From a virus: 64,000 bases of DNA. Positions 17,900-27,134 of this stretch are shown in pieces. The stretch is from the IMG/VR virus record IMGVR_UViG_3300046542_000291, positions 51,641-115,640 of that record; one strand, written 5' to 3'. How positions within the stretch are numbered: the stretch's first letter is position 1; every line of letters starts with the position of its first letter. A program made the translations under genes and the position numbers. A model generated the notes under the pieces. It was given only the letters and a program-made list of their open reading frames with translations. It was not told the DNA's origin and ran no database searches.

Positions 17900-17906
17900 G
17901 GAGCAC

Positions 17907-18326
17907 CTATTTAAAAATGTAAAGGGTGGTTGCCAGTAGGGCACAGCCAATTACTGTGCCAAGCATTTTATTCATCTGCCGGATAGAGGCTCGACCATGG
18001 TCGATAAAGATGCAGAAGAGCAGATACCCCAGCGTCAAAGTGCCAAAGGTGGCTGACCCAACAAAGCTAAGTGCCGCAATAGCTTCGAGGTTATCGCGAC
18101 CAAAGGTGGCGAGGTAGGTGATGATTACACCGATGCAGCAAACGATAGCTGCCCACCACCAACGATAGCCGTTCTTCACGGCTTTCTTGTTCTCGGGGTC
18201 CCAGAGCAAATAAGCCCCGATGACCAAGAAGAAGATGCCGAATAGGGAGAAGCTGGTGATCAGTGCTTCCGGTATGGTGATCGGGTCGTATGCTGGGCGG
18301 TCACGCATGAGGATCATTACGCTCAT
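17907..18326 (-). CDS. membrane protein (139 aa)
   Basis: ORF-track ORF; 4 predicted TM helices. Confidence 0.55.
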   Translation of the reverse strand: MSVMILMRDRPAYDPITIPEALITSFSLFGIFFLVIGAYLLWDPENKKAVKNGYRWWWAAIVCCIGVIITYLATFGRDNLEAIAALSFVGSATFGTLTLGYLLFCIFIDHGRASIRQMNKMLGTVIGCALLATTLYIFK

Positions 18327-18652
18327 GATTCCACCACAACCAGTGGGTGATAGTCAGGTGAAGTTTCCCACAGGCGAACAACCCCAGTGAGTTTCTCCGC
18401 GATAACATCGGCCACGAAGCCATCACGGTTTTCGTACTTTACGAATTCCGCCAGTTTCTCTTTCGGAATTTCTTTGGCTTTATCCAACTGAAAGCCATCG
18501 GCGTTGTAGTCTTCTACAATCACCAAGTTACCCGATGCCAGAACACTCAGTACAACGAGGTATGGAACCGAAAAGAGTTCGTGCCAATAGTCACCTGGTT
18601 TTGGATCTTCCAGGTGGAGGCGATTTAATGCTTCCTGGTCGGCGTAGTTCAT
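18323..18652 (-). CDS. hypothetical protein (109 aa)
   Basis: ORF-track ORF. Confidence 0.55.
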   Translation of the reverse strand: MNYADQEALNRLHLEDPKPGDYWHELFSVPYLVVLSVLASGNLVIVEDYNADGFQLDKAKEIPKEKLAEFVKYENRDGFVADVIAEKLTGVVRLWETSPDYHPLVVVES

Positions 18653-18674
18653 AGATTCCTCTTTGCGTTATAAG

Positions 18675-18694
18675 GACCGCCCCGAAGGGCGGCC
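18675..18694 (-). terminator. UUCG-loop GC hairpin (CCGCCC-CGAA-GGGCGG)
   Basis: Repeated hairpin family; intergenic. Confidence 0.5.
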
Positions 18695-18700
18695 AGGTTG

Positions 18701-18988
18701 TTAACCTTCGAAGTCAAATGACATTCGAAGTTCTTCGGCCCCACGGGGCATGTTCCACAGAACGAGAGCGTACTGACCTGCAGGCTTTTCCAGCTTGCGG
18801 AGCAGTTTGTACATCCACTCGGGTTCGTTCATGTAGGCATGTGCCGTGTACATGCAGAGATCCCAGTCAGCACTGTGCCAGTGGTCGTTGGTTGGTTTCG
18901 GAGCCTTCCAGAGAAGGATCTTCGACGCCGTACCCTGACACAGTTGACCGATGACCTCGGTACCGTCATACAACCGGATGGAGTGCAC
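18701..18988 (-). CDS. hypothetical protein (95 aa)
   Basis: ORF-track ORF. Confidence 0.5.
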   Translation of the reverse strand: MHSIRLYDGTEVIGQLCQGTASKILLWKAPKPTNDHWHSADWDLCMYTAHAYMNEPEWMYKLLRKLEKPAGQYALVLWNMPRGAEELRMSFDFEG

Positions 18989-18990
18989 GT

Positions 18991-19467
18991 TTATGCGTCC
19001 TTCAGGAACTGAGACGAGAACGAACGGTCGGTTTCGTTGACCCAGTGTGGGTCCATCGTTGCCGACAGCACCGGATCAACACGCAGGTTGAACAACAGTT
19101 GATCGATGACATTGCCTTTACGGTTGTGCACGTTCAGGTCACCATTGACGAACATGTACACCATGGTCGGGGTGATCAGGAAGAAGTCACCGATGGTCAT
19201 CATCGAGAAGTCTTTCAGATCGTCAACGCGCTGCAGCTCACGTTTGACCAGATCACGGTAGACCGCTTCTGCGTGGTGGTTACCCAGGACAGCCAGGCCA
19301 GTCAGCTTTTCACCGTTGAACTCGTAGTCAACCGGACGGTTCAGGTAGTTGTGCTCGGAACACACGCTTTCTTGGAACAGATTCACACCAGTCGGACGAA
19401 CCGACAGGATGTAGTTGTGGGCCGATGGGTTGAACACGTACAGTGCTTGGGTTTTCTCTTGAGGCAT
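18991..19467 (-). CDS. hypothetical protein (158 aa)
   Basis: ORF-track ORF. Confidence 0.55.
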   Translation of the reverse strand: MPQEKTQALYVFNPSAHNYILSVRPTGVNLFQESVCSEHNYLNRPVDYEFNGEKLTGLAVLGNHHAEAVYRDLVKRELQRVDDLKDFSMMTIGDFFLITPTMVYMFVNGDLNVHNRKGNVIDQLLFNLRVDPVLSATMDPHWVNETDRSFSSQFLKDA

Positions 19468-19479
19468 TGAAGATCTCTC

Positions 19480-19803
19480 CTAGTTTGTGAATGGTACCGT
19501 AACCATAAGCTCCTGTTGCCATACGGCGTGGAGCCCGTATAGATAGTTGCCGGCCGGTAGATTTTTAACACAGCCAGATGGTGCACTGGCCAGTTGGATG
19601 AGCGCTTGTCTTGCAACAAAGAAGTTGTTGAAGATTACACGCTCGTGTTGGTCTTCTGGCTTGACCCAGTCAGCCTTGTTGGACCCCTTCAGCCTCGAGT
19701 ACTCGCAGACAAGTCGGCGATCGGGTGAAAGGATAGTAAGGTAGTACTGGGGTTCCGGCTGGTGGATATGCCACGTTTGCCGTGATTCGTCGAACCCCTC
19801 CAT
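19480..19803 (-). CDS. hypothetical protein (107 aa)
   Basis: ORF-track ORF. Confidence 0.5.
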   Translation of the reverse strand: MEGFDESRQTWHIHQPEPQYYLTILSPDRRLVCEYSRLKGSNKADWVKPEDQHERVIFNNFFVARQALIQLASAPSGCVKNLPAGNYLYGLHAVWQQELMVTVPFTN

Positions 19804-19805
19804 GA

Positions 19806-20048
19806 TTACAGCCCCTGCGGTGTTTCCGGGAATGGAATCGTACCGTGTTCAACAAGGTCGCCTTCGGCCACCCAGTTCTTTGCAAAGTTTTCGTTGTCTT
19901 TGCGAACCAGATACGGACTGGATTTCTCGGGGTAGAACGCCATTACCATGACGCTTTCCCCTTTGGCCAACGTTCCGGACGGATTAGCGACCTGAACTTG
20001 TTGCTTGGTGCGCCATGTACGAATTGGATTAACTGCATCAGGGTGCAT
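19806..20048 (-). CDS. hypothetical protein (80 aa)
   Basis: ORF-track ORF. Confidence 0.45.
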   Translation of the reverse strand: MHPDAVNPIRTWRTKQQVQVANPSGTLAKGESVMVMAFYPEKSSPYLVRKDNENFAKNWVAEGDLVEHGTIPFPETPQGL

Positions 20049-20055
20049 AGGGTCC

Positions 20056-20661
20056 TCAGTGGTATTTTGGATTGATGAGGTTACTTGCTTTAATACCTAC
20101 CCCGAAAGGTTCAGTGTCGAACAAGTGTTGCGTGACGCCACATTGGGGATCGTCAGGGAAGCGACCTTGATAGTCGGACAGGATGATCTGGTAGATCTCT
20201 GCCTTCGCCATCGTGTCACGGGTCAGCAACTTACTGGCCATCTTGCCGTAGCCTTCGTAATGACGCTGGGTATCCAGCTTTCGCAAACGCACATACGGAT
20301 GATTGTAAGCGCGTTCTGGGTCATCCTTGCCGTAGTGCAAATGGAGGAAAGTCGCAAAGCGCTCTTTCCCTTCGTCGTCGTCCAGATTAGTGAAGCCATG
20401 GTTGTGCTCGTAAAACTCCAGTACCAACTCAAACAAATCGTTGACACCGCCATTCAGGATGTTCCCACCGAACAGCAAATCCGGAAGACCACGTGTCGCA
20501 AGGCCAGCGGTGAATTGGAATGGTGGGACGGCTGGATCATGACTGTACGTCACCAGGCTGAAGCGATGGTGCGACAACACGCTGTGGAACGAATGGACCA
20601 TTGATTCCAAGTAGTCTTCGACATCGGAACCAGTTGTTGGCCACTGTAGTACGTTGAGCAT
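20056..20661 (-). CDS. hypothetical protein (201 aa)
   Basis: ORF-track ORF. Confidence 0.55.
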   Translation of the reverse strand: MLNVLQWPTTGSDVEDYLESMVHSFHSVLSHHRFSLVTYSHDPAVPPFQFTAGLATRGLPDLLFGGNILNGGVNDLFELVLEFYEHNHGFTNLDDDEGKERFATFLHLHYGKDDPERAYNHPYVRLRKLDTQRHYEGYGKMASKLLTRDTMAKAEIYQIILSDYQGRFPDDPQCGVTQHLFDTEPFGVGIKASNLINPKYH

Positions 20662-20675
20662 GGCTTCCTCTTTTT

Positions 20676-21023
20676 CTAGTTAAGCAAACAATAAGGCGTA
20701 TCGTTTGTCTTGCGGATTTCTTTTTCCAACGCTTTGCTTTCTTTGTCAGAGCTGGTTGGGAACTCCAACATCCGAAGCTCAGGTTCCCAGTCCCACTGAG
20801 CCTGCAGCTTCTTGTTTGGGTGCTTGCCATTAGCGAGCATTGCCAAATGTCGATCTACGTCATTACTGACGACGCGAGAAGTCCCAACAATAAACTTCCC
20901 CGTTGAAATTGTTTCGATCAGGTACACTCCACGCGTCACTGGCGTGGATCGCCCAGACTTCCCACGCTCACGTCCCCAAATGGTCGTGGTCCACGTGTGG
21001 GCCTTTGCTTCTGTTTTAAACAT
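20676..21023 (-). CDS. small GIY-YIG nuclease (115 aa)
   Basis: Clear GIY-YIG core: GVYLIETISTGKFIVGTS...R..H.....N..L, with downstream E and N. Confidence 0.65.
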   Translation of the reverse strand: MFKTEAKAHTWTTTIWGRERGKSGRSTPVTRGVYLIETISTGKFIVGTSRVVSNDVDRHLAMLANGKHPNKKLQAQWDWEPELRMLEFPTSSDKESKALEKEIRKTNDTPYCLLN

Positions 21024-21068
21024 GACAATCTCCTAAACCTATAGATTTAGGTCCATAGTACTACTTCC

Positions 21069-21272
21069 CTAGCCAGGACTGACCTGACTAGAGGAGCAGT
21101 AGAAGTCACACGCTGGATAAGCTTCCGGGTGCACCTTCAGGGATTCAGAACCCCCTTCAACGACCGTCAGACGCTCACCAGCAGACGCCATCAACAAAGG
21201 AGCCTCGTTATCAGGCCCATTGTTGTAGATGGCTTTCTTGGCGATCACAGTGTCCCCTGAGGAATAACTCAT
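21069..21272 (-). CDS. hypothetical protein (67 aa)
   Basis: ORF-track ORF. Confidence 0.4.
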   Translation of the reverse strand: MSYSSGDTVIAKKAIYNNGPDNEAPLLMASAGERLTVVEGGSESLKVHPEAYPACDFYCSSSQVSPG

Positions 21273-21466
21273 TTCTTCACCTCGAACAACGACAGGTCAG
21301 ACCAGTATTGCTTTTTATCGCGATGGGGTTGGAGCAGAACAAGTTGTTTACCCATCCACACATTAAAGCCAACTGCAACCGCCTTAGCATCTTTCTTCAG
21401 AACAGTCTTCTCATTCAGATCGACGTCCTGTTTCGCAACAATTACCATACCTGCATGACAGTACAT
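21269..21466 (-). CDS. hypothetical protein (65 aa)
   Basis: ORF-track ORF; 4-nt overlap with downstream gene. Confidence 0.4.
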   Translation of the reverse strand: MYCHAGMVIVAKQDVDLNEKTVLKKDAKAVAVGFNVWMGKQLVLLQPHRDKKQYWSDLSLFEVKK

Positions 21467-21478
21467 ACGTTCCCTTAC

Positions 21479-21991
21479 TTAGGCTGTGGCCTCCGTTACC
21501 TTCTTGGCATAGGTGGCTAGGTAGAATTCGAAACAATCCAGATCCCTGGAGTAGTTCATCCAATTGGACCGGATATTGATTTCTTTGGCATAACCATTGA
21601 TACCATCCTCCACAACGGTCGTGTGAATTGGCTGCAGGGCTTGTTGGAAAGCTTCAGCAGCCGAGATAGGAGCATCGCCAAACATCTCGATCCACGTAGT
21701 TAAACGATCACCCAACCCAGGGGTAGCGTAACGAGAGAACCACAACGCGGAGATCTCATGACCGTATTCCCGAGCCATTGCTTCCAGATGAAAGTAGGAT
21801 GGGTTTAAAGACAATAGATCTTCATGATTGTCGATCAAGCACGGTTGGATGGACATGGTGAAAGCGTCACGCACTTCAACCTTGACCAGACCTTTATCCC
21901 AGCAGATGAATCGAACACGGTCACCGGCTTTTGCAACGCGGATATCGTTGAGGCGTATCTCACTTCCCAACCGCAACATAATCTTTTTCAA
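21479..21991 (-). CDS. hypothetical protein (170 aa)
   Basis: ORF-track ORF. Confidence 0.55.
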   Translation of the reverse strand: MKKIMLRLGSEIRLNDIRVAKAGDRVRFICWDKGLVKVEVRDAFTMSIQPCLIDNHEDLLSLNPSYFHLEAMAREYGHEISALWFSRYATPGLGDRLTTWIEMFGDAPISAAEAFQQALQPIHTTVVEDGINGYAKEINIRSNWMNYSRDLDCFEFYLATYAKKVTEATA

Positions 21992-22368
21992 TTGGTGTAG
22001 TCCTTGAATGGGTCTTCCAGGTCACCGGCACGTACCGCACCGATCTCACCATGGTTTTCGTTGTTCTTGACTGTGAAGAAATCTTCGCCACGGTGAATGT
22101 CTTCACCCAGCACTTCGATCTGATCACCTTCGTTCGCGTACTTAACTTCCGTGTAACCGTTCTCACGGTCGAACAACAGGATGTAGATGTCGCGCGCAGC
22201 GGTCAGGATCATCCCCTGACCTACTTCGGATCGAGCGAGTTGACCGAGAAGACTCAGACCCCCACTCAGGTTTTGCATCATGTTCATACGGTGTACCTCT
22301 ATGTGGTTTGACAGATCTGTAATGTAGATCTGAGATCGGTTGAGATGAAGCGACATAAGCGGACCCAA
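21988..22368 (-). CDS. hypothetical protein (126 aa)
   Basis: ORF-track ORF. Confidence 0.5.
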   Translation of the reverse strand: MGPLMSLHLNRSQIYITDLSNHIEVHRMNMMQNLSGGLSLLGQLARSEVGQGMILTAARDIYILLFDRENGYTEVKYANEGDQIEVLGEDIHRGEDFFTVKNNENHGEIGAVRAGDLEDPFKDYTN

Positions 22369-22383
22369 ATGGGCCCACTCAGT

Positions 22384-22920
22384 TTATGCAAAGTGCAGCT
22401 TAAGACCGACCACCGGAGACTCTTTGTCCGAGGTGATCTTGCAAAGGCCGGTGTTGATGTTGAACTCCAGATTGAAGCCCCAACGCAAACCGTTCAGCTT
22501 GGTAACGAAACCAGTCTTCACGATGCGTTCATTGCCTACGTTGTAGGCTTTGTCACTCAGTTCGATGACAGCCATCTTGTTGAGGGGGTGAATCTTGAGG
22601 TTGTCGCCGTCATCAACGTAGGCGAGTTCCTTCAAGTACAGCTTGCTCGGGATCTTGCCGAGTTGGCAGATATCGTAGAGCTTTACACCGGCTTCGGACA
22701 GTTTGAGATAACCGGTAAGGGCAATCTCCCCGTTCGATTCCACGCGCTGTGGCATGGACTGGCTATGCTGAACGAACAGCTCGCCATTGGTGTCCCGGTT
22801 AAACACAGGAAACATCCCTGGCATGTGTTTTTCGATCATCAGGATTTTCCTGTAAGGGTTGATAAAGTAGCCGCACCTAATATCAGCATGAGGCCAAGCA
22901 GTAACTGAACTTCGGACCAA
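22384..22920 (-). CDS. hypothetical protein (up to 178 aa; start uncertain)
   Basis: ORF-track ORF with several candidate internal ATGs. Confidence 0.5.
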   Translation of the reverse strand: MVRSSVTAWPHADIRCGYFINPYRKILMIEKHMPGMFPVFNRDTNGELFVQHSQSMPQRVESNGEIALTGYLKLSEAGVKLYDICQLGKIPSKLYLKELAYVDDGDNLKIHPLNKMAVIELSDKAYNVGNERIVKTGFVTKLNGLRWGFNLEFNINTGLCKITSDKESPVVGLKLHFA

Positions 22921-22935
22921 GACTGAAACATAGTG

Positions 22936-23352
22936 TCACTCCTTGATGGCCCGTCTCCAAGTTAACTGGGCATTCAGTCCAGACAGGTTAGTAACGTTCA
23001 CCCGCGTTATCCGCTCGTGCTGTACCCTAACACTGACCTTCAGTAGCACCACGTCTTCAGAACCACGTAATATTGGTTTCAGAAGATACGGATCAGACGT
23101 GTGGTGCCAACTAGCCTTCTGCTTATCGATGATCAAGTAAAACTGGCTGAGACCATTCATCAGTGGAATCAAACCGCTTTCCATTGAAATGGGCCATTTT
23201 GAGGTCAGCCTTTGGTTGGCGTATTCCGTATGAACTGTCAGGTGAATTGGTTGGAACCAGCAAACCGGTTTAGCCAATATCCTGAAAACGACCCAGCCGG
23301 CGAGGCAGAGCAGTACTGCCAGCAGCGAACTGTTTATCGGGTTCATGTACAC
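22936..23352 (-). CDS. membrane protein (138 aa)
   Basis: ORF-track ORF; N-terminal TM segment. Confidence 0.5.
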   Translation of the reverse strand: MYMNPINSSLLAVLLCLAGWVVFRILAKPVCWFQPIHLTVHTEYANQRLTSKWPISMESGLIPLMNGLSQFYLIIDKQKASWHHTSDPYLLKPILRGSEDVVLLKVSVRVQHERITRVNVTNLSGLNAQLTWRRAIKE

Positions 23353-23359
23353 TCCTTAT

Positions 23360-23680
23360 TTACGCAGCCGCTTGTCCCACGGCCATCAGCATTGCGAGCT
23401 GGCTGTTTTTGGGTATTTCCAGCTCAGTCAGTTCTTCACCGGTTTTGCACAGTGTAAGTGTTTCCAGGTTTCCCCGGAGATCACAGGTGAACTCCACTGC
23501 GCCCTCCGGGTGTAACCCGAACGAGCGCCAGTTGCTATTATCGGAGATGTCAAAGGTAAAGAGTCGCTCCTTACCGAGAAATTCCGTTACCCAAGCTTCT
23601 CCGCGTTTAATCAATCTGACGCTTGCCATATTGTTACCCTTCGGCTTTGGTGAGATCCTCCTTTGTAAGAGAGATCCCAA
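23360..23680 (-). CDS. hypothetical protein (106 aa)
   Basis: ORF-track ORF. Confidence 0.5.
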   Translation of the reverse strand: MGSLLQRRISPKPKGNNMASVRLIKRGEAWVTEFLGKERLFTFDISDNSNWRSFGLHPEGAVEFTCDLRGNLETLTLCKTGEELTELEIPKNSQLAMLMAVGQAAA

Positions 23681-24095
23681 TGGTAGTTGAGGTTTCTTTC
23701 TTACCGCCGACGTAATGATCGTGTTCGATCACTTCTTCAGCATTGTTTGCTTCAAACCATTGGTGTGCCCGCTCGATAACTTCGGCGTGAGTACGACCGT
23801 AAACAGCTACAGTCAGCTTACTCTTCACCTTAGTGGTAGCGCCCCAACGTTTGCCATGTTCTGGATTAGGTACCATCTGGAACGTATCGAAATATCCGAC
23901 ACAGATGACGCCGTTAGCGAGGATCTCTTTCCAAAGCTCAGGATCTTCAGAGGCGTTATGAATCGCCCCGAAGGCCATCTTCTGGATACTGGTGATGCGG
24001 TCAAAGGACGAATCGGAATCGCAGTCCTTCACCCACATGTGCATGGTTACCCGAGTAACCCACTTGGTGAGTTGTTTCTCGAGACTGCTCATCAC
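23634..24095 (-). CDS. hypothetical protein (153 aa)
   Basis: ORF-track ORF. Confidence 0.55.
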   Translation of the reverse strand: MMSSLEKQLTKWVTRVTMHMWVKDCDSDSSFDRITSIQKMAFGAIHNASEDPELWKEILANGVICVGYFDTFQMVPNPEHGKRWGATTKVKSKLTVAVYGRTHAEVIERAHQWFEANNAEEVIEHDHYVGGKKETSTTIGISLTKEDLTKAEG

Positions 24096-24832
24096 ACGGC
24101 TTCCATCTCGCCATGCAGACTGCGCGATTCCAACTGGATGTCGCGCAGGATATCTGCTGGCATCAGGTTGAAGGCAACGATCAGGATGGAACGGTTCTCA
24201 CCATTCACCGGGTTGTATTGATGCAGGCAGATGGAGTGCTCATCTTTGTCGATGGCGGTGATCCGAGTGCCTTTGTTCTGCATGGAGTGCGCAATCGTCA
24301 TCATGGTGCTATTGACTTGGATCGCGTCGTCTTCAGGCATGTTGGTAATGTAGTGCCCGACTTCTTTCAGCACTTCACCAATCGAGTAATCCCCAGTGCG
24401 CCCGACACTTACCGGGGCAAAGGAAACCACCGAAGGCATGCCGATAGCTTGATATGCCTTTTCCAATTTGATAGCCTTTTCGAGATCTTTGAGGATCTCT
24501 GTTTCAGTGGGCCATTGGTGCATGACCCAATCCACAGAACCGATTTGTTCACGACTGTCCGGATTGACCGGAATCAAGCTAACCAGGAACCGACGACATT
24601 GATTGAAGTCGGTATCGCAAATAGCCAGAATGGTCAACTCCATGCTGTCGGCAAGTTGATCGAATGCAGCCTTCGCTTTCTCGTACGAGAAAAGCTCACA
24701 GTTGTAACGGTCTGCAAAGTACCACTGACTGAAGTTAGTCATGTTGACTTCGGTTTCCCCATTGCGTGGAGTAACGAAGCCAACTTCCTGACCGTCGGCC
24801 ATAATTTGCAGAACGTAATTTTCGTGAGGCAT
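24092..24832 (-). CDS. hypothetical protein (246 aa)
   Basis: ORF-track 24092..24892 trimmed to ATG with AAGGGA RBS. Confidence 0.55.
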   Translation of the reverse strand: MPHENYVLQIMADGQEVGFVTPRNGETEVNMTNFSQWYFADRYNCELFSYEKAKAAFDQLADSMELTILAICDTDFNQCRRFLVSLIPVNPDSREQIGSVDWVMHQWPTETEILKDLEKAIKLEKAYQAIGMPSVVSFAPVSVGRTGDYSIGEVLKEVGHYITNMPEDDAIQVNSTMMTIAHSMQNKGTRITAIDKDEHSICLHQYNPVNGENRSILIVAFNLMPADILRDIQLESRSLHGEMEAV

Positions 24833-24845
24833 GGGTAAATCCCTT

Positions 24846-25427
24846 TTAGATTGTTTTTGGTGGTGCTGGAGCGATCTTGTAGATATGCTCAAACATCAGT
24901 GAGTCAAGGTGAACATCGCTACGCCGAGTGACGTGGTGGATGCAGTTGGTTTGTTCGGTGAACAGTTGATGAAGGCGATCCCAATGGACCTCCAAGTTAT
25001 TTGCCCAGGCTGGACCCATCTTGCGACGAGCGTCAGTAAGCCAAGCTTCTTTGAAACCCTTGCGGGGGTAAACGACCGTGTAGGCGAGATTCATTTCTCG
25101 AAGACGGTCAAAGCTTTGTTTACCCCATGCTTCAATGGTAACCAGCCGGTCCATGTTGACCCCGCGCCAGATACGCATTTCTTCCGGTGGATGAAAAGCC
25201 CAACGCCCGGTGATCGGCACTTGCCCATATTGTGCAGATCCCAAATCCAACCCAGGCATCATCACTAAGATTCGATCACACTTAGGTCGAACCTCACCGT
25301 CAAAGCTTTCCTTGATGTAACACGCTTTCGAACGGTCTGTACGTTTCAGGATCAAGTCCAGGTACAGATCGTGGTTTCGGCGATCAGGAAACTCTACTTG
25401 TGGAAATGTACTCACAAGATCCCCCAA
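24846..25427 (-). CDS. hypothetical protein (193 aa); C-terminal domain paralogous to the C-terminus of 25412..26353
   Basis: Shared block VVYPRKGFKEAWL...NNLEVHWDRLHQLF...N.IHHV vs VIYPTRELFIEWL...LAVNWEKLQQFF...NCKHIEL. Confidence 0.55.
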   Translation of the reverse strand: MGDLVSTFPQVEFPDRRNHDLYLDLILKRTDRSKACYIKESFDGEVRPKCDRILVMMPGLDLGSAQYGQVPITGRWAFHPPEEMRIWRGVNMDRLVTIEAWGKQSFDRLREMNLAYTVVYPRKGFKEAWLTDARRKMGPAWANNLEVHWDRLHQLFTEQTNCIHHVTRRSDVHLDSLMFEHIYKIAPAPPKTI

Positions 25428-26353
25428 GACTTCAGATCATCCAACGTGATGGAGGCGTCGTGAAGTTCAATGTGTTTGCAGTTGTTGGACCGACGGAAGA
25501 ACTGCTGAAGCTTCTCCCAGTTAACAGCCAGCATACCTTCGTCTACCAGTGAATTGTTTGCCTTGTAGCGTTGCAGCCATTCAATGAAGAGTTCACGGGT
25601 TGGGTAGATAACCGTAAACGGCATCCCCTTTTCGTGAAGGATCGTGGAGACATCGCCAAAGGTTGTATAAACAACCGTTAACTTGTCTCGTTGAACCAAT
25701 TGCATTTTGACAATGAACTCGTCTGTGATGGTGCCGTAGCGCGTCGAGAACTCAGGACTGGTAAGCGCAGTAAAGGTACCCGGGAAACATACGAGAAACT
25801 TTGTCTGCTCCCGTTGGGTATCGAGCATCTTGGCCTTATCCAAGGCGTAGTCAACCCACGAAGTTGGCGTCTTGAGTGCCGGGTCATTCCGCACGTAGGT
25901 ACGCTTGTCCACTACAGTGAATAGTGGTGGCAAGTTATTCAAATCCACCGGTTCATTACGGTCAACTTCGTTCAGGTCTTCCGTAAGGATAGCCCGGTGG
26001 GGTGTTGGTAGACGACCCTTCGTACCGAGCTCCCAAACATTACCGAATTCCTTGTACTCGGTGCATGCTGGATTTACCCCAGTGATACGCCCTGACAGCT
26101 TTTCAGGAACTTTTTCAACGCCGAGGTAGGCGGCCAGTTTGTCCAATGGCAGACCCTTCAACCAGGCCAAGACGCCACACGCTTTCGGCCAGGAAGTGAA
26201 GACGTAAGCCTCACTGATACCTTGGACACAGGCCGCATCCACAAGAGCCTTCAGTCCACGTGAACTGTGGTAGCGATCAGGTTGACCGTACTGTGTGATA
26301 ACTACAACGAAGCCGCCTGCATTACCTGGGTTTGTTTCAGTTGTCATGTGCAT
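25412..26353 (-). CDS. two-domain hypothetical protein (313 aa)
   Basis: ORF-track ORF trimmed to ATG with AGGAAA RBS. N-terminal GGFVVVITQYG Rossmann-like start; C-terminal domain paralogous to 24846..25427. Confidence 0.6.
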   Translation of the reverse strand: MHMTTETNPGNAGGFVVVITQYGQPDRYHSSRGLKALVDAACVQGISEAYVFTSWPKACGVLAWLKGLPLDKLAAYLGVEKVPEKLSGRITGVNPACTEYKEFGNVWELGTKGRLPTPHRAILTEDLNEVDRNEPVDLNNLPPLFTVVDKRTYVRNDPALKTPTSWVDYALDKAKMLDTQREQTKFLVCFPGTFTALTSPEFSTRYGTITDEFIVKMQLVQRDKLTVVYTTFGDVSTILHEKGMPFTVIYPTRELFIEWLQRYKANNSLVDEGMLAVNWEKLQQFFRRSNNCKHIELHDASITLDDLKSWGIL

Positions 26354-26366
26354 TTTATTTTCCTGT

Positions 26367-26669
26367 TTACTTAAAGTAGTAGGTGCGGGAAACCATCTTA
26401 CTGCTGCGGGGGTCATCCCGGTGGAGCGAGTAGCTGAGGAACGCGGGTTTCTTGTCCAACTTCAGAAGCGCCAGCTTAACCAGATCTGGATAGTCAAACA
26501 CGGACGCAAACAATTCACGGGCGCGACTGTAGTCCCGCATACGAAACGCTTTCGCATGATCGGGCGTGGTGGTCAGGATCAGTGAATCCACATCAGGGCG
26601 AGCAACCGCGATGTAGTGGGCACCTTCCTCTCCAGGAACTTTGATAGTGATGAAGAATGGGTAGTTCAT
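26367..26669 (-). CDS. hypothetical protein (100 aa)
   Basis: ORF-track ORF. Confidence 0.5.
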   Translation of the reverse strand: MNYPFFITIKVPGEEGAHYIAVARPDVDSLILTTTPDHAKAFRMRDYSRARELFASVFDYPDLVKLALLKLDKKPAFLSYSLHRDDPRSSKMVSRTYYFK

Positions 26670-26728
26670 GATAATCCTTATTTACACAAAAAGAAAAGGG
26701 TCCTTGGTGGGACCCTACTCAACACGAC

Positions 26729-27052
26729 TTAATCAACTTCCACGCCAACTTCCGAGATGGAAGCGGTGGAGATGATTTCGGTCGTACCGAATATGGCTTG
26801 GTTAAAACGGTTGAACATGTACTCGTGCATTTCCTCAGAGCGGTCATAAACAATTCCATCCGCTTTGCCATCAATGTGGACAAACCGGTAGGTGACCAAC
26901 TCCGGTAGAAGATGATCAATGGTCAGGACGATCTTTTGAAAGCCGCGCATGTCCACCCCATAAAGAGGAGAACCTTGCCCGAGAATGGTAGTGACATTCA
27001 CAACCTTAGCCGTGAGGTCTTTGTTGAACTTACCGGTAGACTGAGATTGCAT
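26729..27052 (-). CDS. hypothetical protein (107 aa), first gene of a promoter-driven unit
   Basis: ORF-track ORF; GGAG RBS; 35 nt downstream of the CTATATTAC motif. Confidence 0.5.
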   Translation of the reverse strand: MQSQSTGKFNKDLTAKVVNVTTILGQGSPLYGVDMRGFQKIVLTIDHLLPELVTYRFVHIDGKADGIVYDRSEEMHEYMFNRFNQAIFGTTEIISTASISEVGVEVD

Positions 27053-27086
27053 ATGTAACTCCTGTTTTCTGGTTTAGATTCACAAA

Positions 27087-27095
27087 AGTAATATA
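27087..27095 (-). promoter_or_regulatory. conserved promoter-like motif CTATATTAC inside a 41-nt block nearly identical to 42685-42725
   Basis: Same motif as the other copies. Flank TTCAAAGCATTTAAAAGCCTATATTACTTTTGTGAATCTAA is near-identical to the copy at 42685-42725. Confidence 0.55.
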
Positions 27096-27134
27096 GGCTT
27101 TTAAATGCTTTGAATGTACAAAAAGAAAATGGCA

